Source: a virus (lineage: Duplodnaviria; Caudoviricetes). From it: DNA of 53,328 nucleotides. The notes beneath the pieces are model-generated. The model had not been told where the DNA came from, searched no databases, and saw nothing but the letters and a program-made list of their open reading frames with translations. Both the position numbers and the translations under genes were made by a program. Position 1 is the first letter of the stretch; the number at the start of each line of letters is the position of its first letter. Shown here in pieces: positions 25,438-34,941 of this stretch. The stretch spans positions 1 through 53,328 of the IMG/VR virus record IMGVR_UViG_3300047480_000319. One strand, written 5' to 3'.

Positions 25438-26070
25438 TTATCCTTGCAATACATGCATAGCATGTGCATAATGTTTCTTACGATCTTCAAGACCGATTGT
25501 ACCACCATTGATACGTTTAGTCATAGTAAGAATATCGTTACTATCGGCATATTGATTTAAGTTATTAGTTTCCCAGAACCAACATGCAGATTGAACAGCA
25601 CCTTCGAATGTACCTAAGTATTCAGAAACTTCTTCGGGCTCCATACCGATACTTTCAGCAAACCAGGTATAGTTTTCCTTACCAGTTAACTGAATAAGTC
25701 CGCGACCGCAATAACGGAAACCATCACCGGATGCTTCGTCACCGTTGCCCATACGTCCGCCGTAAACTTTATTTGCAATCTTTTCAGGGTGTCCAGCATA
25801 AGATTCTGCTAATGCATCAGTTGGAAAGTATTTAGGAAACACTTTTCTTAATGTTGCTGCACGATAGTTTAAATTTTCTTTTAATAATTTAAAATTGCCC
25901 GATTCGTGGGAGCATTGTGCAATAAATGCTGCTACTCGAGGTGCTGTGTTAATTCCGTATTCTGGTAAAATTTGAACTAATGCATTATACCAGTTTTCTA
26001 AATATGGATTTCCCGGAATAAGCTGTGCTAACTTATCCTGAGTAAATTCAAAATCAAATCCTTCAGTCAT
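25438..26070 (-). CDS. Endolysin, glycoside hydrolase family 19
   Basis: AAFIAQCSHES, ENLNY, GRGLIQLTG and TKRINGG motifs. Confidence 0.93.
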   Translation of the reverse strand: MTEGFDFEFTQDKLAQLIPGNPYLENWYNALVQILPEYGINTAPRVAAFIAQCSHESGNFKLLKENLNYRAATLRKVFPKYFPTDALAESYAGHPEKIANKVYGGRMGNGDEASGDGFRYCGRGLIQLTGKENYTWFAESIGMEPEEVSEYLGTFEGAVQSACWFWETNNLNQYADSNDILTMTKRINGGTIGLEDRKKHYAHAMHVLQG

Positions 26071-26801
26071 TATTTTTTCTCCAATGCTACGGCCCAGCCG
26101 TTATTTTCAAATATAAATGTATTCTTAATTTTAGTAATGTTGTAATTTCCGATTGACTTAGTAAGATATAGTACTTCTGCAATATCTTTACTTTCTATCA
26201 TTATCGGACCTTTAATAGATTCGTATACTTTGTTCTTTGGACCACTACATACAATATTAAAAGTTTGCGGCTCCATACGAACACGTGTAAATCGAATAGA
26301 TTCACTTAACAGTTGAATATTATCAGTATAGCTATTAGAAAAGAAATTAGTAAAATTCTCCATATAGAATCTTTCAGTTGCATCGTCATACGAATCAACA
26401 TCTATAGGAATAATCTTTTCTAAATTTTCAATAGTTGCATCGTAACTAGTAAATCCTTTAAAGTATCTGAATCTAAAATTATCAATTCCGGTAATAACTT
26501 CTAAACCGTTTAGTACTTCTCTAATTTGATCCGGAGCATGTCTTGATCGTTCTAATTCAACGTATACTTTGTACACGCTATCATCAGTTTCTCCCGGACT
26601 TACATCTGCATCTAACACAAAGTTATAACCCATTTCGATAAAATGTTCCATATCTTTTGCAGGGTCTTCTTCTTTTACAGTAAAGCTAAGTGTGATAATG
26701 TCCTTGTCATCGCCGATCTTACTTTTATATGAATCAACTTCAAACACTTTATCAACAAAGTGACGTAAATCTTTAGCTTTTAAATTTTCTTTAATGATCA
26801 T
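26070..26801 (-). CDS. Hypothetical late protein
   Basis: 243-aa ORF preceded by TATAAATA. Confidence 0.75.
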   Translation of the reverse strand: MIIKENLKAKDLRHFVDKVFEVDSYKSKIGDDKDIITLSFTVKEEDPAKDMEHFIEMGYNFVLDADVSPGETDDSVYKVYVELERSRHAPDQIREVLNGLEVITGIDNFRFRYFKGFTSYDATIENLEKIIPIDVDSYDDATERFYMENFTNFFSNSYTDNIQLLSESIRFTRVRMEPQTFNIVCSGPKNKVYESIKGPIMIESKDIAEVLYLTKSIGNYNITKIKNTFIFENNGWAVALEKK

Positions 26802-26808
26802 ACTTTTT

Positions 26809-26816
26809 TATTTATA
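26809..26816 (-). promoter_or_regulatory. T4-type late promoter TATAAATA
   Basis: Exact match; the core TAAATA also recurs before genes at 5063, 11225, 14112, 18403, 19589, 27441 and 51328 (-) and 27489, 51354 and 51649 (+). Confidence 0.65.
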
Positions 26817-27411
26817 CCGATGGTGCAATGCCGCCTGGTGCAGCCATTCCGCCCCCTGCCGGAGCCATTCCGCCTGGTGCAGCAGAAGGCATTCCTCCCG
26901 GAGCCATAGGTGCAGCTTGTTGAGGCATCGCTGCTTGTGGCAATGTTGCGGGTGCCGAATCTTCGAGATCTTCTCTCTGCTCGCTCTTTAGCTTGTTCAT
27001 ATATCCTCTAAAGATATCGAACGCTACTTTTTTAGGCATTTGAATCTCAACAATCCAAATTGGATGTCTATCAAGTTTTCCTTTCTTAGTTCCAGGTCGA
27101 TAGTCAGATGCACTTTCGATCTTTCTTGGTTCGACTAGATTTGATTTTTCGTATATAACCCGACAACCTAAATCAGTTAATCTTTTTGCAGCAGTAGGAT
27201 TAGGCATCTTATCTCTAGGCCACATAAATCCTGCGGTAATCCAATGTCTATCTACTTGAGGACCATATGCTAGTTCACCGTCATACCAGTTTTCGTATGC
27301 ATACATATCCAATACATCTAAAACTCTCTCAAAGTCCTTTAACACTGAAAGATTAGTATTGTTTTCGTAGATTCCTTCGATGTTTCTAATAACTTCTAAA
27401 ATATCATACAT
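26812..27411 (-). CDS. Hypothetical protein with an Ala/Pro/Gly-rich tail
   Basis: About 200-aa ORF; start set at ATG 27411 (MYDILEVI). Confidence 0.75.
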   Translation of the reverse strand: MYDILEVIRNIEGIYENNTNLSVLKDFERVLDVLDMYAYENWYDGELAYGPQVDRHWITAGFMWPRDKMPNPTAAKRLTDLGCRVIYEKSNLVEPRKIESASDYRPGTKKGKLDRHPIWIVEIQMPKKVAFDIFRGYMNKLKSEQREDLEDSAPATLPQAAMPQQAAPMAPGGMPSAAPGGMAPAGGGMAAPGGIAPSV

Positions 27412-27498
27412 AATTGATTCCAATTTACTTATACTTATTTAGCTGGTTTAAAAACATAACATAGCAGTTTACTTTTTAAATTATCGCTTAAATACTTT

Positions 27499-27571
27499 GT
27501 AGGACCTCTGTAGTTATCGGGCGGTCACTACATGTCCTACTTTACTATTAGAGTAGGAGATATAAACTACA
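27499..27571 (+). promoter_or_regulatory. Structured phoH leader with alternative RBS-sequestering folds
   Basis: GTAGGAC/GTCCTAC and TGTAGT/ACTACA stems compete with TCCTACTTT/AGAGTAGGA over the SD. Confidence 0.55.
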
Positions 27572-28290
27572 TGAGTAAAAGAGTAAAAAAGCGTTTTACA
27601 TCAGAAGTTCAAGTAATTGATTTTAATCAGCCTTACATTCCTCAAAAGAAACACCGTGTTGTTCTTACACCACGCGGTTCTAATCAAAAAGCATATTTAA
27701 ATTTGTTAAAAGATGACACAAAGAATATTGTATTTGCGATCGGTCCTGCTGGTACAGGTAAAACACTTTTAGCCGTATTACACGGAATCAAATTGTTCCA
27801 AGAAGGGATTGTGGACAAGATTGTAGTTACAAGACCCGCCGTATCCGTAGATGAAGATTTAGGATTTTTGCCAGGTACCTTAAATGAAAAAATGGCACCG
27901 TGGACAAGACCTATATTTGATGTTTTTGCGGAGTATTACCACAAGAAAGAAATCGATAAGATGTTAGAAGAGGGAGTTATTGAAATAAGCCCGTTAGCAT
28001 ATATGAGAGGACGTACCTTTAAAAATGCATATATTGTTGCGGATGAGATGCAAAATGCAACAATTAATCAAATGAAAATGCTATTGACCCGATTAGGAGA
28101 AAATAGTAAGATGGTTGTTACAGGAGATTTAGCACAAGCAGATAGACTTAATGATAATGGTCTAATTAATTTCTGTGGCCTACTCGCAGAAAATCCTGCA
28201 CTAAAACATATTGATCTAGTGCAGTTTGATCATAAAGATATTGAACGACATGAAGCAGTTAAGGAGGTGCTTTCGATCTACGGAGACTAA
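27571..28290 (+). CDS. phoH: PhoH-family ATPase
   Basis: GPAGTGKT, TRPAV, LGFLPG, YMRGRTF, DEMQN and GDLAQAD motifs; start reassigned to ATG 27571 after AGGAG. Confidence 0.95.
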   Translation: MSKRVKKRFTSEVQVIDFNQPYIPQKKHRVVLTPRGSNQKAYLNLLKDDTKNIVFAIGPAGTGKTLLAVLHGIKLFQEGIVDKIVVTRPAVSVDEDLGFLPGTLNEKMAPWTRPIFDVFAEYYHKKEIDKMLEEGVIEISPLAYMRGRTFKNAYIVADEMQNATINQMKMLLTRLGENSKMVVTGDLAQADRLNDNGLINFCGLLAENPALKHIDLVQFDHKDIERHEAVKEVLSIYGD

Positions 28291-28297
28291 TAGTACT

Positions 28298-28325
28298 AAC
28301 TTGAGGGGTTAATTCCCCTCAAGTT
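28298..28325. terminator. Probable bidirectional terminator between convergent phoH and dCMP deaminase genes
   Basis: Perfect 11-bp stem AACTTGAGGGG-ttaatt-CCCCTCAAGTT. Confidence 0.75.
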
Positions 28326-28809
28326 TCTCTACAGTCACTCCTGATAGTCTTAGGAATTGTATTCCTGCTTCTGAACGATAAGAAGTGCGATAGAACACAC
28401 TAGTAATACCAGACTGGTATATAAGTTTGGCACAATCCAAGCAAGGACCATGAGTAATAAACATAGTAGCGTCAACACCAGATTCAGTACTTTTAGCTAA
28501 TTTAGCGATCGCATTGGTTTCAGCATGTAATACCTCTGGTTTTGATTTAAGATGATATCGACCTTTATCATCTTCTAACGGCCATCTAGTCATAATTTCA
28601 TCGATGTCCAGCCATCCTCCTGCATCAAAATCCATATATACTTTGTTTTCGCAGTTGTTATCCCATCCAGACGGCATTCCATTATATCCGATAGAAATGA
28701 TTCTATCGTCTTTTACAATGATAGCGCCGACATGCAATCGTTGAGCATAGCTTAGATCCGCAAATGTTTCTGCGGTTTTCATGTAAGCTTCTTTCAGTCG
28801 TTGTTTCAT
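28309..28809 (-). CDS. dCMP deaminase
   Basis: VGAIIV, GYNG, HAETNA and PCLDC zinc motifs. Confidence 0.93.
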   Translation of the reverse strand: MKQRLKEAYMKTAETFADLSYAQRLHVGAIIVKDDRIISIGYNGMPSGWDNNCENKVYMDFDAGGWLDIDEIMTRWPLEDDKGRYHLKSKPEVLHAETNAIAKLAKSTESGVDATMFITHGPCLDCAKLIYQSGITSVFYRTSYRSEAGIQFLRLSGVTVEKLEGN

Positions 28810-29729
28810 AGTCTAGCCAGTCTAACTAAAGTTGCTGCAAGGTTAATTTCCGGGTCTGCAATAAAGTTATGATCAACTAACCCATCTTTTATAATCAAAA
28901 TCGCTTTATCTTGAGCTTCTTCGTTGCCAAATATTTCAAGATTATTGTACAGCCATACATAGATATCTTCCATTTCTTCCGGAAGTGCTTGACTACAAAT
29001 TAATTTCCTTGCTTCGGATATCTTACCTTTTTGAAACAAATCTACCATTTGAACTCTGTAATCTGCGCTATCGTCATTAGTAGCCGGTACAATTAGTTGT
29101 CCATTCCTACAATTTGATTCTAAATTATTGATACATTTTCTTAGATCCGGATATGTTCCTTTAACAAATGTGTCTAACGTTTCTAAGTCAAAGTTAATTC
29201 CTTCGTTAATAAGAATTGTTGCTGCTCGTTCGGTAAAATTATTTAAATCTGATTTTTCGAAATGAAAGGTTTGAAATCGACTATGCAACGGCGGAATAAT
29301 CTTATTGCCATAATTGCAAGTAAGAATAAATCGAACCGCACTTCCAAAATCTTCAATTAAATTTCTTAACGACGGTTGTACAGATTGCCCGTTCATGTAA
29401 TCTGCTTCGTCAATTAATACAACTTTAAAATCTCCGAATGGCATTGTAGAACAAAACGAAATTAGTTTATCAACCCATTCGATTTTCCTACATTCTTTAC
29501 TACCGTTAGCAAATAATACATCGGCACTTTGTACACCGAGTTCATTTAGTATAATTTTTGCTAAAGTAGTTTTACCAGTACCCGGACCTCCTCTAAATAA
29601 CAAATGAGGGATACTTTTGCTTTCAATCCATTCTTTTATTTGATACTTTAAGTGTTCATCCTGAAATACATAATCATCTATAGACGACGGACGATACTTA
29701 TCAACCCAAATTTGTTTCAAACCTGACAT
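28806..29729 (-). CDS. Clamp loader AAA+ subunit (RFC/gp44-like)
   Basis: WVDKYRP, GGPGTGKTT, IDEAD, FILTCN and HSR motifs. Confidence 0.93.
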   Translation of the reverse strand: MSGLKQIWVDKYRPSSIDDYVFQDEHLKYQIKEWIESKSIPHLLFRGGPGTGKTTLAKIILNELGVQSADVLFANGSKECRKIEWVDKLISFCSTMPFGDFKVVLIDEADYMNGQSVQPSLRNLIEDFGSAVRFILTCNYGNKIIPPLHSRFQTFHFEKSDLNNFTERAATILINEGINFDLETLDTFVKGTYPDLRKCINNLESNCRNGQLIVPATNDDSADYRVQMVDLFQKGKISEARKLICSQALPEEMEDIYVWLYNNLEIFGNEEAQDKAILIIKDGLVDHNFIADPEINLAATLVRLARL

Positions 29730-29738
29730 ATATTACCT

Positions 29739-30116
29739 TTAAAATTGAAAATCGGAAAGACCGGGTCTAGTTGGAGTTGCGTGTTGTCCAAATTCTAAAT
29801 CGGAAGGTCTCTCATCTGCAACAATAAGTATACCTTCTGGATCAATACGAAACAACTCTGTTTTATCCTCAGTATCGCCAATTTCTAGTTCAACACCTCT
29901 AGTCCATCTTCCATGTTCAACAAGTAACCAGTCTCCCACTTTTACATCCTTTTGATCCGGGCCCACAGCATATACTTTGCTCCATCTCGGCTTAACTCCT
30001 TCGCTTTTTCCATTATCGCTTCGAAGCACGATTCCACTAGAAGTTACTTGTTCACCAAAATTCATATCAGTAACTAAAATATGGTCTAAAATAGGATTAA
30101 TCTTATTAATTTTCAT
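29739..30116 (-). CDS. GroES-like co-chaperonin
   Basis: PILDHILV, TSSGIVL, VYAVGP and VKVGD motifs. Confidence 0.85.
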   Translation of the reverse strand: MKINKINPILDHILVTDMNFGEQVTSSGIVLRSDNGKSEGVKPRWSKVYAVGPDQKDVKVGDWLLVEHGRWTRGVELEIGDTEDKTELFRIDPEGILIVADERPSDLEFGQHATPTRPGLSDFQF

Positions 30117-30394
30117 TCATCACCTTCTGGGTCCATGTCTTCGATGTCTTTTATAATAGATTCATCGACGGGCTTTGATACAGGTGCAGATTCATTTGGT
30201 CGTCTAGTTGCTGCGGCTCTTAGTACTTCTTCACGTTTTCGGATAATCTTACCACCTGGACCTAATTCATCGCCTCGTGCATTAACTTTTGCATTTCCGA
30301 TAGCAACAGTCATTTCATTTTGCATTGAAAGTTTATGCATATCAACTTCTTTTCCTAGCATCGACTTGTGTATTGTTCTTTGTTTCTCTTTCAT
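30113..30394 (-). CDS. Hypothetical protein
   Basis: 93 aa with an AIGNAKVNARGDELGPGG motif and an AAGGAG SD. Confidence 0.75.
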   Translation of the reverse strand: MKEKQRTIHKSMLGKEVDMHKLSMQNEMTVAIGNAKVNARGDELGPGGKIIRKREEVLRAAATRRPNESAPVSKPVDESIIKDIEDMDPEGDE

Positions 30395-30421
30395 TTTAAT
30401 CTCCTTTAAGAGTTATTCTAC

Positions 30422-30913
30422 TTATCTTAAGAATTCTCTCCAATCTAAATTATATTTGATGCTGTCAATGTGATGCACTCCTAATAAGTATAACACATAA
30501 CTAGCAACACTTGAGCCTCGACCTACTCCGGATACAATGTTATTTTGATCACAGACGTCAACAAAATATTTTAACCATCTTAATAAATCCAACATTTTTC
30601 TATTTTTATATTCATCCATTTCTTCATATACTCGAGTATCGGATGATAGGGAATATACATATTGTTCAATGTCTAAATTTTTATATTCGTCGGGTATAAA
30701 CCAGACACTTTGCGATAATGCATCAAACTCCTCTATTGAGACAATATTCGGAATCGGATCGCAGAGTTTGATGTCTGCAACATTTTCTAAAGATAGCAGA
30801 TCGTCGTCTTTATCGACAGTGATCGATGACAAGGTGTTTAATTTACCGTAATATAGTAAATTAAACACATCTTGTGAATTGTATATTGGGAGTCCGTACT
30901 GATCTAGGCGCAT
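30422..30913 (-). CDS. Stand-alone fragment homologous to DNA polymerase III alpha (DnaE) palm region
   Basis: GVGRGSSVASYVLYLLGVHHIDSIKYNL.W.EFLR matches the DnaE GRGS motif; ends before the catalytic PDxD. Confidence 0.8.
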   Translation of the reverse strand: MRLDQYGLPIYNSQDVFNLLYYGKLNTLSSITVDKDDDLLSLENVADIKLCDPIPNIVSIEEFDALSQSVWFIPDEYKNLDIEQYVYSLSSDTRVYEEMDEYKNRKMLDLLRWLKYFVDVCDQNNIVSGVGRGSSVASYVLYLLGVHHIDSIKYNLDWREFLR

Positions 30914-30919
30914 GCCTAT

Positions 30920-30948
30920 ATATTAGTTAATGTTAATCAACTTGTCAA
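30920..30948 (-). promoter_or_regulatory. Sigma70-like promoter (TTGACA-17-TAATAT), leaderless start
   Basis: -35 at 30948-30943, -10 at 30925-30920, ATG 6 nt downstream. Confidence 0.65.
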
Positions 30949-31153
30949 GATCTTTATTTCTTTCATTTGCCATTCGATCGAGTTCTTTTTGTCGACGAAC
31001 AGACAATTCTTCTTTGTAAGTTTCTAAAATAACACTAATTTGACTTCGAACTTCATAATTTGAAGTCATAAAATACTTTCTTGTTAAATCGTTAACTTTA
31101 AATTCAATTTCTGAATCTTTTAACGATGACAAATTTTGAACTAATGGATGCAT
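30923..31153 (-). CDS. Hypothetical helical protein
   Basis: 76-aa ORF tightly packed between neighbours. Confidence 0.7.
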   Translation of the reverse strand: MHPLVQNLSSLKDSEIEFKVNDLTRKYFMTSNYEVRSQISVILETYKEELSVRRQKELDRMANERNKDLDKLININ

Positions 31154-31154
31154 A

Positions 31155-31988
31155 TTAATTCAATTCTACCCAAGTTGCAGATCCAGGAGCTCCGCTTATT
31201 GTACACAATTCTAGTTTTACCGTTGTTGTATTAAATATCATCATACCTGCAACACCGGTTAAACTTGATCTCTGTGCAGTAGTCATTGGCGGAAATCTCG
31301 GGACACCGGCAAACGAAATATTATCTGTAATTGCATCACCTAGAGTAGAAGAACCATTAACAGATAGTGATCCTGTAATTGTTCTATTGTTACTTCTTGT
31401 TGAAACATACTTTCCTAAGTATTTCATATAAACAGTTGCACCGTTATTATATGACCATGCTTCAACTATATCAACTGTTCCGGCGGAAAACGCATCAACT
31501 GTGAAAGGATTTGGAAAATTATCACTATACTTTATAGTACCTGCAGACTGTTGAAAGTTAACTTGGAATGAATTAGTACTACTGGAAAGATGAATAATTA
31601 CTTTCCCGCATGATGCAGCACCTACAGTTGAATGCCAGTCATCAAAGTTTATTGTTACGTTTCCTGTTAATAATAAAGTTCTAACTGGAAACTGAGATAC
31701 AACAAGGTCAAATGTATCGACAGCAACTGTCTCTGATTGGAAAAGAGGATTGAAGTTAGAATGTTTACCATTATTAATTGTTGAATTTTGTAAATCATTA
31801 TCGACAATTTCATTAGCATCAAGACTTGCTGTTAGTACTGAATTAGTTTGTAACTCAGTAATTTCCGACTTTGTTACTTGTAATGCAGTTTTAATAGTTT
31901 CGAAGTTATCTCGAAATCCTTGACTATCGTTATCTTGGCCTGCTACTGGATATAGTTCGTCGATGTTGGTGTAATTAATATTACTCAT
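31155..31988 (-). CDS. Probable tail or baseplate structural protein
   Basis: YPVAGQDNDSQGFRDNF N-terminus, short coiled coil, fibre-like C-terminus (TTAQR...GMMIFNTT). Confidence 0.6.
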   Translation of the reverse strand: MSNINYTNIDELYPVAGQDNDSQGFRDNFETIKTALQVTKSEITELQTNSVLTASLDANEIVDNDLQNSTINNGKHSNFNPLFQSETVAVDTFDLVVSQFPVRTLLLTGNVTINFDDWHSTVGAASCGKVIIHLSSSTNSFQVNFQQSAGTIKYSDNFPNPFTVDAFSAGTVDIVEAWSYNNGATVYMKYLGKYVSTRSNNRTITGSLSVNGSSTLGDAITDNISFAGVPRFPPMTTAQRSSLTGVAGMMIFNTTTVKLELCTISGAPGSATWVELN

Positions 31989-34927
31989 ATTGTTATCCTA
32001 TCGTTTCTAAATACAAGATATTTATCCTCACTAGAACCTTGTATAGCATCGATTATGTAACGATCAACTGTGTAATCTAATAATTTGAAGTCAAACTCAC
32101 TAAACTTAATGTTTAAAAGAATATCGTCACCGGTACCGACTTTACAATAACATAACGGTATGCATAAGACAAAATCTAATTCTTGTTTGCTATTTGGTTG
32201 AATACTTCTCATCCATAACGGCAAATAATTTCTTTCAGTTTGACCTATTTTAGATTTTATATTTTCTCTCCAAATGCTAACACTACTTGGATAATATGTT
32301 GTTGAATTTGTATTAGATGCTTGATAACCTGTGCTATCGACAGTCATAAAAGGATCCGGTCTGACAGAAACAGGAGCAGGATCGTTTAACAAATCAATTT
32401 GTGCTTGTTCGTCGGAGGTGAGCGGATCAGACTTTGTAAATCCTTTTTGCCAAATAACATTACTGTTATCAACAGTTATTGAAGGTTGTGACCTACTTAA
32501 ATGTTCTAATCTGGCATTAAGATGTTTTTTATTTACTTCTAACGGATCAATCATTTCGATATAAATTACTTCGTATACTTCTTGATTAGTTCCTGGTAGT
32601 TTTGCAACTGCTTTTTTTACTGAACCGAATTGGAATCGTTTCTTCTTATGATTCAGTCCTATTGCACCTACATATGCAGCGGCTTCTTTAGTTTCGATAC
32701 CGGCATAGATGAGCATAGATAAATCGGTTTGTATTCCAAAATTAGAATCATTAGGTCTATAGATACTTGTAGAATCAAAAATAGTAGAGTCATTAATAAA
32801 CTCGTTCCACAAGTCTCTTTGTTCAAACTTTAAATAAGGTTTAACTTTAATGTTACTGAAGATTAACTGATTAGGTGTCTCGACTGTAATATAAAAATCT
32901 TTCTTCGATGCGCTATAGTTGTATTGATCAAGTGCTTCTGCTGTAAAATGAAAGACACGATCGATAGTAGTATCCCCATTATCGAAAGATTGATTTGTAT
33001 AAGTTGTAGGAGTTGATACATCTGAGAATGTAATGAATCCTTCGTAAAATTCTTCCCAGTTATCTAAATTAAAAGTATCTTCCGGTAATTCTAATGTATA
33101 AGGTCTTATTCTTTTGTAGAATGTTGTGTTATATAAAACAATATCGTTAAGCGAATATCTAGTTAACGGCAACCATGTTGATTTGTATGCATATTTAAAT
33201 GAATATGTTTCCCATTTTGTAGTATTAAATGATAGTTCAGCACTTGTATATTGTGCGATTCTTTTATAGAAACTACCTTGATAAAGCACTACTGAGTTAA
33301 TAGGATAAGATCGATTAGCTCTCCATCTAGATCGGTATACAATTGAATCTCCGTACTGTTGAATCTTTCCGATAATTTCTCCGTCGATATTTAATCTTAG
33401 TCCCGGAGGTAATTTCCCAGAAGTCTTTCGATAAATGACAACAGCATCTTTGATCGAACTTGATGCATTAATCTTTAAAGTTGAAACAAAGTTAGCATTT
33501 GCAGTTCCTAAGTTTGAATCACTAGTCCAAGTTATAACACTATCAACTTCGCCGATAATCTGTACAGTGAATTTTCTAGATGATCGTGCTTCTTCATTTT
33601 TATCGCTTATACGTCTTGCTGTAATAGTAAAACTATACGTTTTTGTCACGGCAGGTTGATACGGAACTCTTCCAAACACTTCTGCATTTCCGACATCAAC
33701 TACCATTCCCGGAGGTAACTGACTTCTTGACCCAATAAGAAATCTTACTTCGTTAGGAATAGTTACATCTAAAGCCGGTTCTATTTGTAATCGAAAACTA
33801 CCGCTAGTTGCTAAAGTAGATACATTTACAATTTGATGTATAGTCGATGTAGCACCTGTTACTAGACCGGTAAAAGACATAAACTGACCGATAAGAGGAG
33901 TAGAAGATGATTTTTCAATAGTAAGATATTCGCTTCCTACTACGTTATCAGTTTCTAAATATTTTTTAGAAAGAGCAGATACATCGGCATTTACTAATTC
34001 GTCAATATATATAATGTTATCGGTATCATATGTATCAAGTTTAAATGTTAAGTAGTTATTTGCACGATAGGTTCCTAAGTTACTAGGAGTTAACCATATC
34101 GGTGCTCTCATATATGTAACGTCTGCTGTAAATAATCCAGTACCATCAGTTAAGATATTATTATCTGCACGGAAATAATCATCACCGACTACAAATATTT
34201 TAAATCTTCTTTTTACTACTGTATCACCGTCGGTTACAGAGATAATGAATTCATAGTTACGATTAAGTTTGCGAGGTGCTAAAGATTTTAGGCTAAAATC
34301 ATAAAAGACACTATCGTAGATATAAGTGTCAAAACCATTTGTTGATCTCTCGCCAAAATCAAATGCTACTCCGTCATATGGTCCAACGTCATAGAATCCA
34401 TTACCGTCGCTAGGTTTAATAGAAAATACAGGCTTTACAAATCCAACAATTCTTCCATCTTCGGTTAACATTAATCCTGGCGGCAATGCACCGTCGTCAT
34501 CTTCGATAAAGAAACTTAATTTTTGTCCTGCTGCGGTGTCAAAATCATATGCTTCGACTTGGAAATCAACATAAGTGTTATCTATCACAAACAGTTGGTC
34601 ATTTGGTCCAATTGGCAAATCACCTTCCGGGGTTAAGAATATAGGAGGATCCTCTCCTTCGATAAACATCCTTAATGTGCGATCTGATATTTCGTTGTTC
34701 TTACTTGCTCGAATACAAAATTTAAATTCAGTTACACGAGGAACTTCATAAGGAGTACCGACTATGCGATTTCCTAATAACTTTAATCCTCCGGGTAATT
34801 TTCCTGAAATAACAGAATACGAAACTCCTTGATCGTTCGAAACAGGTAAAGGAATATCAGTTCTTACTCTTTCAGGGTATGTTCCAAATGAATAGTTAGT
34901 TGATTTTGTCCATACACTTAATGTCAT
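31985..34927 (-). CDS. Probable baseplate protein with putative Ig-like repeats
   Basis: Four G.LP.G(L/M) Ig-like (He_PIG-type) motifs; structural gene context. Confidence 0.65.
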   Translation of the reverse strand: MTLSVWTKSTNYSFGTYPERVRTDIPLPVSNDQGVSYSVISGKLPGGLKLLGNRIVGTPYEVPRVTEFKFCIRASKNNEISDRTLRMFIEGEDPPIFLTPEGDLPIGPNDQLFVIDNTYVDFQVEAYDFDTAAGQKLSFFIEDDDGALPPGLMLTEDGRIVGFVKPVFSIKPSDGNGFYDVGPYDGVAFDFGERSTNGFDTYIYDSVFYDFSLKSLAPRKLNRNYEFIISVTDGDTVVKRRFKIFVVGDDYFRADNNILTDGTGLFTADVTYMRAPIWLTPSNLGTYRANNYLTFKLDTYDTDNIIYIDELVNADVSALSKKYLETDNVVGSEYLTIEKSSSTPLIGQFMSFTGLVTGATSTIHQIVNVSTLATSGSFRLQIEPALDVTIPNEVRFLIGSRSQLPPGMVVDVGNAEVFGRVPYQPAVTKTYSFTITARRISDKNEEARSSRKFTVQIIGEVDSVITWTSDSNLGTANANFVSTLKINASSSIKDAVVIYRKTSGKLPPGLRLNIDGEIIGKIQQYGDSIVYRSRWRANRSYPINSVVLYQGSFYKRIAQYTSAELSFNTTKWETYSFKYAYKSTWLPLTRYSLNDIVLYNTTFYKRIRPYTLELPEDTFNLDNWEEFYEGFITFSDVSTPTTYTNQSFDNGDTTIDRVFHFTAEALDQYNYSASKKDFYITVETPNQLIFSNIKVKPYLKFEQRDLWNEFINDSTIFDSTSIYRPNDSNFGIQTDLSMLIYAGIETKEAAAYVGAIGLNHKKKRFQFGSVKKAVAKLPGTNQEVYEVIYIEMIDPLEVNKKHLNARLEHLSRSQPSITVDNSNVIWQKGFTKSDPLTSDEQAQIDLLNDPAPVSVRPDPFMTVDSTGYQASNTNSTTYYPSSVSIWRENIKSKIGQTERNYLPLWMRSIQPNSKQELDFVLCIPLCYCKVGTGDDILLNIKFSEFDFKLLDYTVDRYIIDAIQGSSEDKYLVFRNDRITI

Positions 34928-34941
34928 ATTATTTCTCGATC

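Noticed and set aside
30422-30913. Split-intein or frameshifted dnaE
   Set aside because: No intein motifs, and the adjacent ORFs show no DnaE-like continuation
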